From Eledone cirrhosa (lineage: Eukaryota), in the NCBI GenBank assembly GCA_964016885.1, contig OZ024740.1:22320001-22384000 (forward strand): 64,000 bases of DNA, read 5' to 3'. The notes under the pieces were generated by a model that had not been told where the DNA came from, made no database searches, and saw nothing but the letters and a program-made list of their open reading frames with translations. Position 1 is the first letter of the stretch, and the number at the start of each line of letters is the position of its first letter. Position numbers and translations under genes: made by a program. Positions 40,701-56,799 of this stretch are shown piece by piece.

Positions 40701-43700
40701 CTTATCCTTGTCACGTCCACTTAAACACTTTTGAGTGAACAGTCTTATCCTTGTCACCTCCACTTAAACGCTTTTGACTGAACTGTCTCATCGTTGTCAC
40801 CTCCACTTAAACACTTTTGACTAAAATGTCTTATCCTTGTTAACTCCACTTAAATACTTTTGACTGAACTGTCTTATCCTTGTCACCTACAATTAAACAC
40901 TTTTGACTGAACTGTCTTATCCTTATCACCTCCACTCAAACACTTTTGACTGAACTATCTTATCCTTGTCACCTCCACTTCAACACGTTTGACTAAACTG
41001 TCTTTTCTTTGTCACCTCCATTTAAACACTTTTGACTAAACTGTCTTATCCTTGTCAACTCCACTTAAACACTTTTGACTGAACTGTCTTATCGTTGTCA
41101 CCTCCAATTAAACACTTTTGACTGAACTGTTTTATCCTTGTCACCTCCACTTAAACACTTTTGACTGAATTGTCTTATCGCTGTCCCATCCACTTAATCA
41201 CTTTTGACTGAACTGACTTATCCTTGTCACCTCCACTTAAACACTTTTGACTGAGCTGTCTTATCGTTGTCACCTCCACTTAATCACTTTTGACTGAACT
41301 GTCTTATCGTTGTCACCTCCACTTAATCACTTTTGACTGAACTGTCTTATCGTTGTCACCTCCACTTAAACACTTTTGACTAAACTGTCTTATCCTTGTC
41401 ACCTCCACTTAATCACTTTTGACTGAACTGTCTTATCGTTGTCACCTCCACTTAAACACTTTTGACTAAACTGTATTATTCTTATCACCTCCACTTAAAC
41501 ACTTTTGACTGAACTGTCTTATCCTTGTCACCTCAAATTAAACACTTTTGACTGAACTGTCTTATCCTTGTCACCTCCACTTAAACACTTTTGACTGAAC
41601 TGTCTTATCGTTGTCACCTCCACTTAAACACTTTTGACTGAACTGTCTTATCCTTGTCACCTCCACTTTAACACTTTTGACTGAATTGTCTTATCGCTGT
41701 CCCGTCCACTTAAACACTTTTGACTAAACTGTCTTATCCTTGTCAACTCCACTTAAACACTTTTGACTAAACTGTCTTATCCTTGTCAACTCCAATTAAA
41801 CACTTTTGACTAAACTGTCTTATCCTTGTCACCTCCACTTAAACACTTTTGACTAAACTGTCTTATCCTTGTCAACTCCACTTAAACACTTTTGACTGAA
41901 CTGTCTTATCGTTGTCACCTCCACTTAAACACTTTTGACTAAACTGTCTTATCCTTGTCAACTCCACTTAAACACTTTTGACTGAACTGTCTTATCGTTG
42001 TCACCTCCACTTAAAAAACTTTTGATTGAACTGTTTTATCCTTGTCACCTCCACTTAAACACTTTTGACTGAACTGTCTTATCGTTGTCACCTCCACTTA
42101 AACACTTTTGACTAAACTGTCTTATCCTTGTCACCTCCACTTAATCACTTTTGACTGAACTGTCTTATCCTTGACACCTCCACTTAAACACTTTTTACTG
42201 AACTGTCTTATCCTTGTCACCTACACTTAAACACTTTGGACGAAACGGTCTTATCCTTGTCACGTCCACTTAAACACTTTTGAGTGAACTGTCTTATCCT
42301 TGTCACCTCCACTTAAACGCTTTTGACTGAACTGTCTCATCGTTGTCACCTCCACTTAAACACTTTTGACTAAAATGACTTATCCTTGTTAACTCCACTT
42401 AAATACTTTTGACTGAACTGTCTTATCCTTGTCACCTACAATTAAACACTTTTGACTGAACTGTCTTATCCTTATCACCTCCACTCAAACACTTTTGACT
42501 GAACTATCTTATCCTTGTCACCTCCACTTAAAAACTTTTGACTAAACTGTATTATCCTTATCACCTCCACTTAAACACTTTTGACCGAACTGTCTTATCC
42601 GTATCACCTCCACTTAAACACTTTTGACTGAACTGTCTCATCGTTGCCACCTCCACTTAAACACTTTTGACTAAACTGTCTTATCGTTGTCACCTCCACT
42701 TAATCACTTTTGACTGAACTGTCTTATCGTTGTCACCTCCACTTAAACACTTTTGACTAAACTGTCTTATCCTTGTCAACTCCACTTAAACACTTTTGAC
42801 TGAACTGTCTTATCCTTGTCACCTCAAATTAAACACTGTTGACTGAACTGTCTTATCCTTGTCACCTCCACTTAAACACTTTTGACTGAACTGTCTTATC
42901 GTTGTCACCTCCACTTAAACACTTTTGACTAAACTGTCTTATCCTTGTCCACTCCACTTAAACACTGTTGACTGAACTGTCTTATCGTTGTCACCTCCAC
43001 TTTAACACTTTTGACTGAATTGTCTTATCGCTGTCCCGTCCACTTAAACACTTTTGACTAAACTGTCTTATCCTTGTCAACTCCACTTAAACACTTTTGA
43101 CTAAACTGTCTTATCCTTGTCAACTCCAATTAAACACTTTTGACTAAACTGTCTTATCCTTGTCAACTCCACTTAAACACTTTTGACTGAACTGTCTTAT
43201 CGTTGTCACCTCCACTTAAACACTTTTGACTAAACTCTCTTATCCTTGTCAACTCCACTTAAACACTTTTGACTGAAATGTCTTATCGTTGTCACCTCCA
43301 CTTAAACACTTTTAACTAAACTGTCTTATCCTTGTCACCTCCACTTAATCACTTTTGAGTGAACTGTCTTATCCTTGACACCTCCACTTAAACACTTTTT
43401 ACTGAACTGTCTTATACTTGTCACCTACACTTAAACACTTTGGACGAAACTGTCTTATCCTTGTCACGTCCACTTAAACGCTTTTGACTGAAATGTCTTA
43501 TCGTTGTAACATCCACTTAAACACTTCTGAATAAACTGCCTTATCCTTGTCACCTCCACTTAAACACTTCTGACTGAACTGTCTTATCGTTGTCACCTCC
43601 ACTTAATCACTTTTGACTGAACTGTCTTATCCTTGACACCTCCACTTAAACACTTTTTACTGAACTGTCTTATCCTTGTCACCTACACTTAAACACTTTG

Positions 43701-46700
43701 GACGAAACTGTCTTATCCTTGTCACGTCCACTTAAACACTTTTGAGTGAACTGTCTTATCCTTGTCACCTCCACTTAAACGCTTTTGACTGAACTGTCTT
43801 ATCCTTGTCAACTCCATTTAAACACTTTTGACTGAACTGTCTTATCGTTGTCACCTCCACTTAAACACTTTTGACTAAACTGTCTTATCCTTGTCAACTC
43901 CACTTAAACACTTTTGACTGAATTGTCTTATCGCTGTCCCATCCACTTAAACACTTTTGACTAAACTGTCTTATTCTTGTCACCTACACTTAAACGCTTT
44001 TGACTGAACTGTCTTATCCTTGTCAACTCCATTTAAACACTTTTGACTGAACTGTCTTATCGTTGTCACCTCCACTTAAACACTTTTGTCTAAACTGTCT
44101 TATCCTTGTCAACTCCACTTAAACACTTTTGACTGAATTTTCTTATCGTTGTCACTTCCACTTAAACACTTTTGACTGAACTGTTTTATCCTTGTCACCT
44201 CCACTTAAACACTTTTGACTGAATTGTCTTATCGCTGTCCCATCCACTTAAACACTTTTGACTAAACTGGCTTATCCTTGTCAACTCCAATTAAACACTT
44301 TTGACTGAACTGTCTTATCGTTGTCACCTCACCTTAAACACTTTTGACTAAACTGTCTTATCCTTATCACCTCCACTTAAACACTTTTGACCGAACTGTC
44401 TTATCCGTGACACCTCCACTTAAACACATTTGACTGAACTGTCTCATCGTTGCCACCTCCACTTAAACACTTTTGACTAAACTGTCTTATCCTTGTCACC
44501 TCCACTTAATCACTTTTGACTGAACTGTCTTATCGTTGTCCCATCCACTTAAACACTTTTGACTAAACTGTCTTATCCTTGTCAAATCCACTTAAACACT
44601 TTTGACTAAACTGTCTTAACTTGTCAACTCCAATTAAACACTTTTGACTAAACTGTCTTATCCTTGTCACCTCCACTTAAACATTTTTGACTAAACTGTC
44701 TTATCCTTGTCAACTCCACTTAAACACTTTTGACTGAACTCTCTTATCCTTGTCAACTCCACTTAAACACTTTTGACTGAACTGTCTTATCGTTGTCACC
44801 TCCACTTAAAAAACTTTTGACTGAACTGTCTTATCGTTGTCACCTCCACTTAAACACTTTTGACTAAACTGTCTTATCCTTGTCACCTCCACTTAATCAC
44901 TTTTGACTGAAATGTCTTATACTTGACACCTCCACTTAAACACTTTTTACTGAACTGTCTTCTCCTTGTCACCTACACTTAAACACTTTGGACGAAACTG
45001 TCTTATCCTTGTCACGTCCACTTGAACACTTTTGACTGAATTGTCTTATCGCTGTCCCATCCACTTAAACACTTTTGACTAAACTGTCTTATCCTTGTCA
45101 CCTACACTTAAACGCTTTTGACTGAACTGTCTTATCCTTGTCAACTCCATTTAAACACTTTTGACTGAACTGTCTTATCGTTGTCACCTCCACTTAAACA
45201 CTTTTGACTAAACTGTCTTATCCTTGTCAACTCCACTTAAACACTTTTGACTGAATTTTCTTATCGTTGTCACTTCCACTTAAACACTTTTGACTGAACT
45301 GTTTTATCCTTGTCACCTCCACTTAAGCACTTTTGACTGAATTGTCTTATCGCTGTCCCATCCACTTAAACACTTTTGACTAAACTGGCTTATCCTTGTC
45401 AACTCCAATTAAACACTTTTGACTGAACTGTCTTACCGTTGTCACCTCCACTTAAAAAACTTTTGACTGAACTATTTTATCCTTGTTACCTCCACTTAAA
45501 CACTTTTGACTGAACTGTCTTATCGTTGTCACCTCCACTTAAACACTTTTGACTAAACTGTCTTATCCTTGTCACCCCCACTTAATCACTTTTGACTGAA
45601 CTGTCTTATCCGTGTCACCTCCACTTAAACACATTTGACTGAACTGTCTCATCGTTGCCACCTCCACTTAAACACTTTTGACTAAACTGTCTTATCCTTG
45701 TCACCTCCACTTAATCACTTTTGACTGAACTGTCTTATCGTTGTCACCTCCACTTAAACACTTTTAACTAAACTGTCTTATCCTTGTCAACTTCACTTAA
45801 ACACTTTTGACTGAACTGTCGTATCCTTGTCACCTCCACTTAAACACTTTTGACTGAACTGTCTTATCCTTGTCACCTCCACTTAAACACTTTTGACTGA
45901 ATTGTCTTATCGCTGTCCCATCCACTTAAACACTTTTGACTAAACTGTCTTATCCTTGTCAACTCCACTTAAACACTTTTGACTAAACTGTCTTATCCTT
46001 GTCACCACCACTTAAACACTTTTGACTGAACTGTCTTATCGTTGTCACCTCCACTTAAACACTTTTGACTAAACTGTCTTATCCTTGTCAACTCTACTTA
46101 AACACTTTTGACTGAACTGTCTTACCGTTGTCACCTCCACTTAAACACTTTTGACTGAACTGTGTTATCCTTGTCACCTCCACTTAAACACTTTTGACTG
46201 AATTGTCTTATCGCTGTCCCATCCACTTAAACACTTTTGACTAAACTGTCTTATCCTTGTCAACTCCACTTAAACACTTTTGACTAAACTGTCTTATCCT
46301 TGTCAACTCCAATTAAACACTTTTGACTAAACTGTCTTATCCTTGTCACCTCCACTTAAACACTTTTGACTAAACTGTCTTATCCTTGTCAACTCCACTT
46401 AAACACTTTTGACTGAACATGTCTTATCGTTGTCACCTCCACTTAAACACTTTTGACTAAACTGTCTTATCCTTGTCAACTCCACTTAAACACTTTTGAC
46501 TGAACTGTCTTATCGTTGTCACCTCCACTTAAAAAACTTTTGACTGAACTGTTTTATCCTTGTCACCTCCACTTAAACACTTTTGACTGAACTGTCTTAT
46601 CGTTGTCACCTCCACTTAAACACTTTTGACTAAACTGTCTTATCCTTGTCACCTCCACTTAATCACTTTTGACTGAACTGTCTTATCCTTGACACCTCCA

Positions 46701-48710
46701 CTTAAACACTTTTTACTGAACTGTCTTATCGTTGTCACCTCCACTTAAACACTTTTGACTAAACTGTCTTATCCTTGTCACCTCCACTTAAACACTTTGA
46801 ACTAAACTGTCTTATCCTTGTCACGTCCACTTAAACACTTTTGAGTGAACTGTCTTATCCTTGTCACCTCCACTTAAACACTTTTGACTGAAATGTCTTA
46901 TCGTTGTAACATCCACTTAAACACTTTTGAATAAACTGTCTTATCCTTGTCACCTCCACTTAAACACTTCTGACTGAACTGTCTTATCGTTGTCACCTCC
47001 ACTTAAACACTTTTGACTAAACTGTCTTATCCTTGTCAACTCCATTTAAACACTTTTGACTGAACTGTCTTATCGTTGTCACCACCACTTAAACACTTTT
47101 GACTAAACTGTCTTATCCTTGTCACCTCCACTTAAACACTTTTGACTAAACTGTCTTATCCTTGTCAACTCGACTTAAACAATTTTGACTGAACTGTCTT
47201 ATCGTTGTCACCTCCACTTAAACACTTTTGACTAAACTGTCTTATCCTTGTCAACTCCACTTAAACACTTTTGACTGAACTGTCTTATCGTTGTCACCTC
47301 CACTTAAAAAACTTATGACTGAACTGTTTTATCCTTGTCACCTCCACTTAAACACTTTTGACTTAACTGTCTTATCCTTGTCACCTCCACTTAATCACTT
47401 TTGACTGAACTGTCTTATCCTTGACACCTCCACTTAAACACTTTTTAGTGAACTGTCTTATCCTTGTCACCTACACTTAAACACTCTGGACGAAACTGTC
47501 TTATCCTTGTCACGTTCACTTAAACACTTTTGAGTGAACTGTCTTATCCTTGTCACCTCCACTTAAACGCTTTTGACTGAACTGTCTTATCCTTGTCAAC
47601 TCCATTTAAACACTTTTGACTGAACTGTCTTATCGTTGTCACCTCCACTTAAAAACTTTTGACTAAACTGTCGTATCCTTGTCAACTCCACTTAAACACT
47701 TTTGACTGAATTTTCTTATCGTTGTCACTTCCACTTAAACACTTTTGACTGAACTGTTTTATCCTTGTCACCTCCACTTAAACACTTTTGACTGAATTGT
47801 CTTATCGCTGTCCCATCCACTTAAACACTTTTGACTAAACTGGCTTATCCTTGTCAACTCCAATTAAACACTTTTGACTGAACTGTCTTATCGTTGTCAC
47901 CTCCACTTAAACACTTTTGACTAAACTGTCTTATACTTATCACCTCCACTTAAACACTTTTGACCGAACTGTCTTATCCGTGTCACCTCCACTTAAACAC
48001 ATTTGACTGAACTGTCTCATCGTTGCCACCTCCACTTAAACACTTTTGACTAAACTGTCTTATCCTTGTCACCTCCACTTAATCACTTTTGACTGAACTG
48101 TCTTATCGTTGTCCCATCCACTTAAACACTTTTGACTAAACTGTCTTATCCTTGTCAACTCCAATTAAACACTTTTGACTAAACTGTCTTATCCTTGTCA
48201 CCTCCACTTAAACACTTTTGACTAAACTGTCTTATCCTTGTCAACTCCACTTAAACACTTTTGACTGAACTGTCTAAATCGTTGTCACCTCCACTTAAAC
48301 ACTTTTGACTAAACTCTCTTATCCTTGTCAACTCCACTTAAACACTTTTGACTGAACTGTCTTATCGTTGTCACCTCCACTTAAAAAACTTTTGACTGAA
48401 CTGTCTTATCGTTGTCACCTCCACTTAAACACTTTTGACTAAACTGTCTTATCCTTGTCACCTCCACTTAATCACTTTTGACTGAACTGTCTTATCCTTG
48501 ACACCTCCACTTAAACACTTTTTACTGAACTGTCTTATTCTTGTCACCTACACTTAAACACTGTGGACGAAACTGTCTCATCCTTGTAACGTCCACTTAA
48601 ACACTTTTGAGTGAACTGTCTTATCCTTGTCACGTCCACTTAAACGCTTTTGACTGAAATGTCTTATCGTTGTAACATCCACTTAAACACTTTTGAATAA
48701 ACTGCCTTAT

Positions 48711-51700
48711 CCTTGTCACCTCCACTTAAACACTACTGACTGAACTGTCTTATCGTTGTCACCTCCACTTAATCACTTTTGACTGAACTGTCTTATCCTT
48801 GACACCTCCACTTAAACACTTTTTACTGAACTGTCTTATCCTTGTCACCTACAATTAAACACTTTGGACGAAACTGTCTTATCCTTGTCACGTCCACTTA
48901 AACACTTTTGAGTGAACTGTCTTATCCTTGTCACCTCCACTTAAACGCTTTTGACTGAACTGTCTTATCCTTGTCAACTCCATTTAAACACTTTTGACTG
49001 AACTGTCTTATCGTTGTCATCTCCACTTAAACACTTTTCACTAAACTGTCTTATCCTTGTCAACTCCACTTAAACACTTTTGACTGAATTTTCTTATCGT
49101 TGTCACTTCCACTTAAACACTTTTGACTGAACTGTTTTATTCCTGTCACCTCCACTTAAACACTTTTGACTGAATTGTCTTATCGCTGTCCCATCCACTT
49201 AAACACTTTTGACTAAACTGGCTTATCCTTGTCAACTCCAATTAAACACTTTTGACTGAACTGTCTTATCGTTGTCACCTCCACTTAAACAATTTTGACT
49301 AAACTGTCTTATCCTTATCACCTCCACTTAAACACTTTTGACCGAACTGTCTTATCCGTGTCACCTCCACTTAAACACATTTGACTGAACTGTCTCATCG
49401 TTGCCACCTCCACTTAAACACTTTGGACTAAACTGTCTTATCCTTGTCACCTCCACTTAATCACTTTTGACTGAACTGTCTTATCCTTGTCACCTCCACT
49501 TAAACACTTTTGACTGAACTGTCTTATCGTTGTCACCTCCACTTAAACACTTTTGACTAAACTCTCTTATCCTTGTCAACTCCACTTAAACACTTTTGAC
49601 TGAACTGTCTTATCGTTGTCACCTCCACTTAAAAAACTTTTGACTGAACTGTCTTATCGTTGTCACCTCCACTTAAACACTTTTGACTAAACTGTCTTAT
49701 CCTTGTCACCTCCACTTAATCACTTTTGACTGAACTGTCTTATCCTTGACACCTCCACTTAAATACTTTTTACTGAACTGTCTTATCCTTGTCACCTACA
49801 CTTAAACACTTTTGACGAAACTGTCTTATCCTTGTCACGTTCATTTAAACACGTTTGAGTGAACTGTTTTATCCTTGTCACCTCCACTTAAACACTTTTG
49901 ACTGAACTGTTTTATCCTTGTCACCTCCACTTAAACACTTTTGACTGAATTGTCTTATCGCTGTCCCATCCACTTAAACACTTTTGACTAAACTGGCTTA
50001 TCCTTGTCAACTCCAATTAAACACGTTTGACTGAACTGTCTTATCGTTGTCACCTCCACTAAAACACTTTTGACTAAACTGTCTTATCCTTATCACCTCC
50101 ACTTAAACACTTTTGACCGAACTGTCTTATCCGTGTCACCTCCACTTAAACACTTTTGACTGAACCGTCTTATCGTTGCCACCTCCACTTAAACACTTTT
50201 GACTAAACTGTCTTATCCTTGTCACCTCCACTTAAACACTTTTGACTGAACTGTCTTATCCCTGTCACCTCCACTTAATCACTTTTGACTGAACTGTCTT
50301 ATCCTTGACACCTCCACTTAAATACTTTTTACTGAACTGTCTTATCTTTGTCACCTACACTTAAACACTTTTGTCTAAACTGTCTTATCCTTGTCACCTC
50401 CACTTAAATACTTTTGACTGAACTGTCTTATCCTTGTCACCGCCACTTAAACACTTTTGACTGAACTGTCTTATCGTTGTCACCTCCACTTAAACACTTT
50501 TGACTAAACTGTCTTATCTTTGTCACCTCCACTTAAACACTTTTGACTAAACTGTCTTATCGTTGTCACCTCCACTTAAACACGTTTGACTAAACTGTCT
50601 TATCCTTGTCACCTCCACGTAAACACTTTTGACTAAACTGTCTTATCTTTGTCACCTCCACTTAAACACTTTGTACTAAACTGTCTTATCGTTGTCACCT
50701 CCAATTAAACACTTTTGACTGAACTGTCTTATCCTTGTTACCTCCCTTAAACACTTTTGACTAAACTGTCTTATCCTTGTCACCTCCACTTAAACAATTT
50801 TGACTAAACTGTTTTATCCTTGTCACATCCACTTAAACACGTTTGACTGATCTGTCTTATCCTTGTCAACTCCACTTAAACACTTTTGACTGAACTGTCT
50901 TATCATTGTCACCTCCACTTATACACTTTTGACTGAACTGTCTTATCCATGTCACCTCCACTTAAACACTTTTGACTGAACTGTCTCATCGTTGTCACCT
51001 ACACTTAAACACTTTGGACTAAACTGTCTTATCCTTGTCAACTCCACTTAAACACTTTTGACTGAACTGTCTTATCCTTGTCACCTCCACTTAAACACTT
51101 TTGACTGAAATGTCTTATCGTTGTAACATCCACTTAAACACTTTTGACTAAACTGTCTTATCCTTGTCACCTCCACTTAATCACTTTTGACTGAACTGTC
51201 TTATCGTTGTCACCTCCACTTAAACACTTTTGACTAAACTGTCTTATCCTTGTCAACTCCAATTAAACACTTTTGACTGAACTGTCTTATCGTTGTCACC
51301 TCCACTTAAACACTTTTGACTGAACTGTTTTATCCTTGTCACCTCCAGTTAAACACTTTTGACTGAATTGTCTTATCGCTGTCCCATCCACTTAATCACT
51401 TTTGACTGAACTGTCTTATCCTTGTCAACTCCAATTAAACACTTTTGACTGAACTGTCTTATCGTTGTCACCTCCACTTAAACACTTTGGACTAAACTGT
51501 CTTATCCTTGTCACGTCCACTTAAACACTTTTGACTAAACTGGCTTATCCTTATCATCTCCACTTAAACACTTTTGACCGAACTGTCTTATCCGTGTCAC
51601 CTCCACTTAAACACTTTTGACTAAACTGTCTTATCCTTGTCAACTCCACTTAAACACTTTTGACTAAACTGTCTTATCCTTGTCACCTCCACTTAAACAC

Positions 51701-54700
51701 TTTTGACTGAACTGTCTTATCCTTGTCACCTCCACTTAAACACTTTTGACTAAACTGTCTTAACGTTGTCACCTCCACTTAAACACTTTTGACTAAACTG
51801 TCTTATCCTTGTCACCTCCACTTAAACACTTTTGACTGAACTGTCTTATTCTTGTCACCTCCATTTAAACACTTTTGACTGGACTGTCTTATCCTTGTCA
51901 CCTCCACTTAAACACTATTGACTGGACTGTCTTATCCTTGTCACCTCGACTTAAACACTTTTGACTAAACTGTCTTATCCTTGTCACCTCCACTTAAACA
52001 CTTTTGACTAAACTGTCTTATCCTTGTCACCTCCACTTAAACACTTTTGACTGAACTGTCTTATCCTTGTCACCTCCACTTAAACACTTTTGACTAAACT
52101 GTCTTATCCTTGTCACCTCCACTTAAACACGTTTGACTAAACTTTCCTATCCTTGTCAACTCCACTTAAACACTTTTGACTGAAATGTCTTTTCCTTGTC
52201 ACCTCCACTTAAACACTACTGACTGAACTGTCTTATCGTTGTCACCTCCACTTAATCACTTTTGACTGAACTGTCTTATCCTTGACACCTCCACTTAAAC
52301 ACTTTTTACTGAACTGTCTTATCCTTGTCACCTACAATTAAACACTTTGGACGAAACTGTCTTATCCTTGTCACGTCCACTTAAACACTTTTGAGTGAAC
52401 TGTCTTATCCTTGTCACCTCCACTTAAACGCTTTTGACTGAACTGTCTTATCCTTGTCAACTCCATTTAAACACTTTTGACTGAACTGTCTTATCGTTGT
52501 CATCTCCACTTAAACACTTTTCACTAAACTGTCTTATCCTTGTCAACTCCACTTAAACACTTTTGACTGAATTTTCTTATCGTTGTCACTTCCACTTAAA
52601 CACTTTTGACTGAACTGTTTTATTCCTGTCACCTCCACTTAAACACTTTTGACTGAATTGTCTTATCGCTGTCCCATCCACTTAAACACTTTTGACTAAA
52701 CTGGCTTATCCTTGTCAACTCCAATTAAACACTTTTGACTGAACTGTCTTATCGTTGTCACCTCCACTTAAACAATTTTGACTAAACTGTCTTATCCTTA
52801 TCACCTCCACTTAAACACTTTTGACCGAACTGTCTTATCCGTGTCACCTCCACTTAAACACATTTGACTGAACTGTCTCATCGTTGCCACCTCCACTTAA
52901 ACACTTTGGACTAAACTGTCTTATCCTTGTCACCTCCACTTAATCACTTTTGACTGAACTGTCTTATCCTTGTCACCTCCACTTAAACACTTTTGACTGA
53001 ACTGTCTTATCGTTGTCACCTCCACTTAAACACTTTTGACTAAACTCTCTTATCCTTGTCAACTCCACTTAAACACTTTTGACTGAACTGTCTTATCGTT
53101 GTCACCTCCACTTAAAAAACTTTTGACTGAACTGTCTTATCGTTGTCACCTCCACTTAAACACTTTTGACTAAACTGTCTTATCCTTGTCACCTCCACTT
53201 AATCACTTTTGACTGAACTGTCTTATCCTTGACACCTCCACTTAAATACTTTTTACTGAACTGTCTTATCCTTGTCACCTACACTTAAACACTTTTGACG
53301 AAACTGTCTTATCCTTGTCACGTTCATTTAAACACGTTTGAGTGAACTGTTTTATCCTTGTCACCTCCACTTAAACACTTTTGACTGAACTGTTTTATCC
53401 TTGTCACCTCCACTTAAACACTTTTGACTGAATTGTCTTATCGCTGTCCCATCCACTTAAACACTTTTGACTAAACTGGCTTATCCTTGTCAACTCCAAT
53501 TAAACACGTTTGACTGAACTGTCTTATCGTTGTCACCTCCACTAAAACACTTTTGACTAAACTGTCTTATCCTTATCACCTCCACTTAAACACTTTTGAC
53601 CGAACTGTCTTATCCGTGTCACCTCCACTTAAACACTTTTGACTGAACCGTCTTATCGTTGCCACCTCCACTTAAACACTTTTGACTAAACTGTCTTATC
53701 CTTGTCACCTCCACTTAAACACTTTTGACTGAACTGTCTTATCCCTGTCACCTCCACTTAATCACTTTTGACTGAACTGTCTTATCCTTGACACCTCCAC
53801 TTAAATACTTTTTACTGAACTGTCTTATCTTTGTCACCTACACTTAAACACTTTTGTCTAAACTGTCTTATCCTTGTCACCTCCACTTAAATACTTTTGA
53901 CTGAACTGTCTTATCCTTGTCACCGCCACTTAAACACTTTTGACTGAACTGTCTTATCGTTGTCACCTCCACTTAAACACTTTTGACTAAACTGTCTTAT
54001 CTTTGTCACCTCCACTTAAACACTTTTGACTAAACTGTCTTATCGTTGTCACCTCCACTTAAACACGTTTGACTAAACTGTCTTATCCTTGTCACCTCCA
54101 CGTAAACACTTTTGACTAAACTGTCTTATCTTTGTCACCTCCACTTAAACACTTTGTACTAAACTGTCTTATCGTTGTCACCTCCAATTAAACACTTTTG
54201 ACTGAACTGTCTTATCCTTGTTACCTCCCTTAAACACTTTTGACTAAACTGTCTTATCCTTGTCACCTCCACTTAAACAATTTTGACTAAACTGTTTTAT
54301 CCTTGTCACATCCACTTAAACACGTTTGACTGATCTGTCTTATCCTTGTCAACTCCACTTAAACACTTTTGACTGAACTGTCTTATCATTGTCACCTCCA
54401 CTTATACACTTTTGACTGAACTGTCTTATCCATGTCACCTCCACTTAAACACTTTTGACTGAACTGTCTCATCGTTGTCACCTACACTTAAACACTTTGG
54501 ACTAAACTGTCTTATCCTTGTCAACTCCACTTAAACACTTTTGACTGAACTGTCTTATCCTTGTCACCTCCACTTAAACACTTTTGACTGAAATGTCTTA
54601 TCGTTGTAACATCCACTTAAACACTTTTGACTAAACTGTCTTATCCTTGTCACCTCCACTTAATCACTTTTGACTGAACTGTCTTATCGTTGTCACCTCC

Positions 54701-55700
54701 ACTTAAACACTTTTGACTAAACTGTCTTATCCTTGTCAACTCCAATTAAACACTTTTGACTGAACTGTCTTATCGTTGTCACCTCCACTTAAACACTTTT
54801 GACTGAACTGTTTTATCCTTGTCACCTCCAGTTAAACACTTTTGACTGAATTGTCTTATCGCTGTCCCATCCACTTAATCACTTTTGACTGAACTGTCTT
54901 ATCCTTGTCAACTCCAATTAAACACTTTTGACTGAACTGTCTTATCGTTGTCACCTCCACTTAAACACTTTGGACTAAACTGTCTTATCCTTGTCACGTC
55001 CACTTAAACACTTTTGACTAAACTGGCTTATCCTTATCATCTCCACTTAAACACTTTTGACCGAACTGTCTTATCCGTGTCACCTCCACTTAAACACTTT
55101 TGACTAAACTGTCTTATCCTTGTCAACTCCACTTAAACACTTTTGACTAAACTGTCTTATCCTTGTCACCTCCACTTAAACACTTTTGACTGAACTGTCT
55201 TATCCTTGTCACCTCCACTTAAACACTTTTGACTAAACTGTCTTAACGTTGTCACCTCCACTTAAACACTTTTGACTAAACTGTCTTATCCTTGTCACCT
55301 CCACTTAAACACTTTTGACTGAACTGTCTTATTCTTGTCACCTCCATTTAAACACTTTTGACTGGACTGTCTTATCCTTGTCACCTCCACTTAAACACTA
55401 TTGACTGGACTGTCTTATCCTTGTCACCTCGACTTAAACACTTTTGACTAAACTGTCTTATCCTTGTCACCTCCACTTAAACACTTTTGACTAAACTGTC
55501 TTATCCTTGTCACCTCCACTTAAACACTTTTGACTGAACTGTCTTATCCTTGTCACCTCCACTTAAACACTTTTGACTAAACTGTCTTATCCTTGTCACC
55601 TCCACTTAAACACGTTTGACTAAACTTTCCTATCCTTGTCAACTCCACTTAAACACTTTTGACTGAAATGTCTTTTCCTTGTCACCTCCACTTAAACACT
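48711..55700. repeat. 3483-bp (81-monomer) tandem duplication within the satellite
   Basis: cactactgac 48731/52214, aacactattg 51911/55394 and actttcctat 52141/55624 are all offset by 3483 = 81x43. Confidence 0.92.
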
Positions 55701-56799
55701 TTTGAATAAACTGCCTTATCCTTGTCACCTCCACTTAAACACTTCTGACTGAACTGTCTTATCGTTGTCACCTCCACATAAACACTTTTGACTAAACTGT
55801 CTTATCCTTGTCAACTCCACTTAAACACTTTTGACTGAACTGTCTTATCGTTGTCACCTCCACTTAAACACTTTTGACTGAATTTTCTTATCGTTGTCAC
55901 TTCCACTTAAACACTTTTGACTGAACTGTTTTATCCTTGTCACCTCCACTTAAACACTTTTGACTGAATTGTCTTATCGCTGTCCCATCCACTTAAACAC
56001 TTTTGACTAAACTGGCTTATCCTTGTCAACTCCAATTAAACACTTTTGACTGAACTGTCTCATCGTTGCCACCTCCACTTAAACACTTTTGACTAAACTG
56101 TCTTATCCTTGTCACCACCACTTAAACACTTTTGACTGAACTGTCTTATCCTTGTCACCTCCACTTTAACACGTTTGACTAAACTGTCTTATCTTTGTCA
56201 CCTACACTTAAACACTTTTGACTAAACTGTCTTATCCTTGTCACCTCCACTTAAACACTTTTGACTGAACTGTCTTATCCTTGTCACCGCCACTTAAACA
56301 CTTTTGACTGAACTGTCTTATCCGTGTCACCTCCACTTAAACACTTTTGTCTGAACTGTCTTATCGTTGTCACCTCCACTTAAACACTTTTGACTAAACT
56401 GTCTTATCTTTGTCACCTCCACTTAAACACTTTTGACTAAACTGTCTTATCGTTGTCACCTCCACTTAAACACTTTTGACTAAACTGTCTTATCTTTGTC
56501 ACCTCCAATTAAACACTTTTGACTAAACTGTCTTATCGTTGTCACCTCCACTTAAACACGTTTGACTAAACTGTCTTATCCTTGTCACCTCCACTTAATC
56601 ACTTTTGACTGAACTGTCTTATCGTTGTCACCTCCACTTAAACACTTTTGACTAAATTGTCTAATCCTTGTCAACTCCACTTAAACACTTTTGACTAAAC
56701 TGTCTTATCCTTGTCACCTCCACTTAAACACGTTTGACTAAACTGTCTTATCCTTGTCACCTCCACTTAAACACGTTTGACTAAACTGTCTTATCCTTG

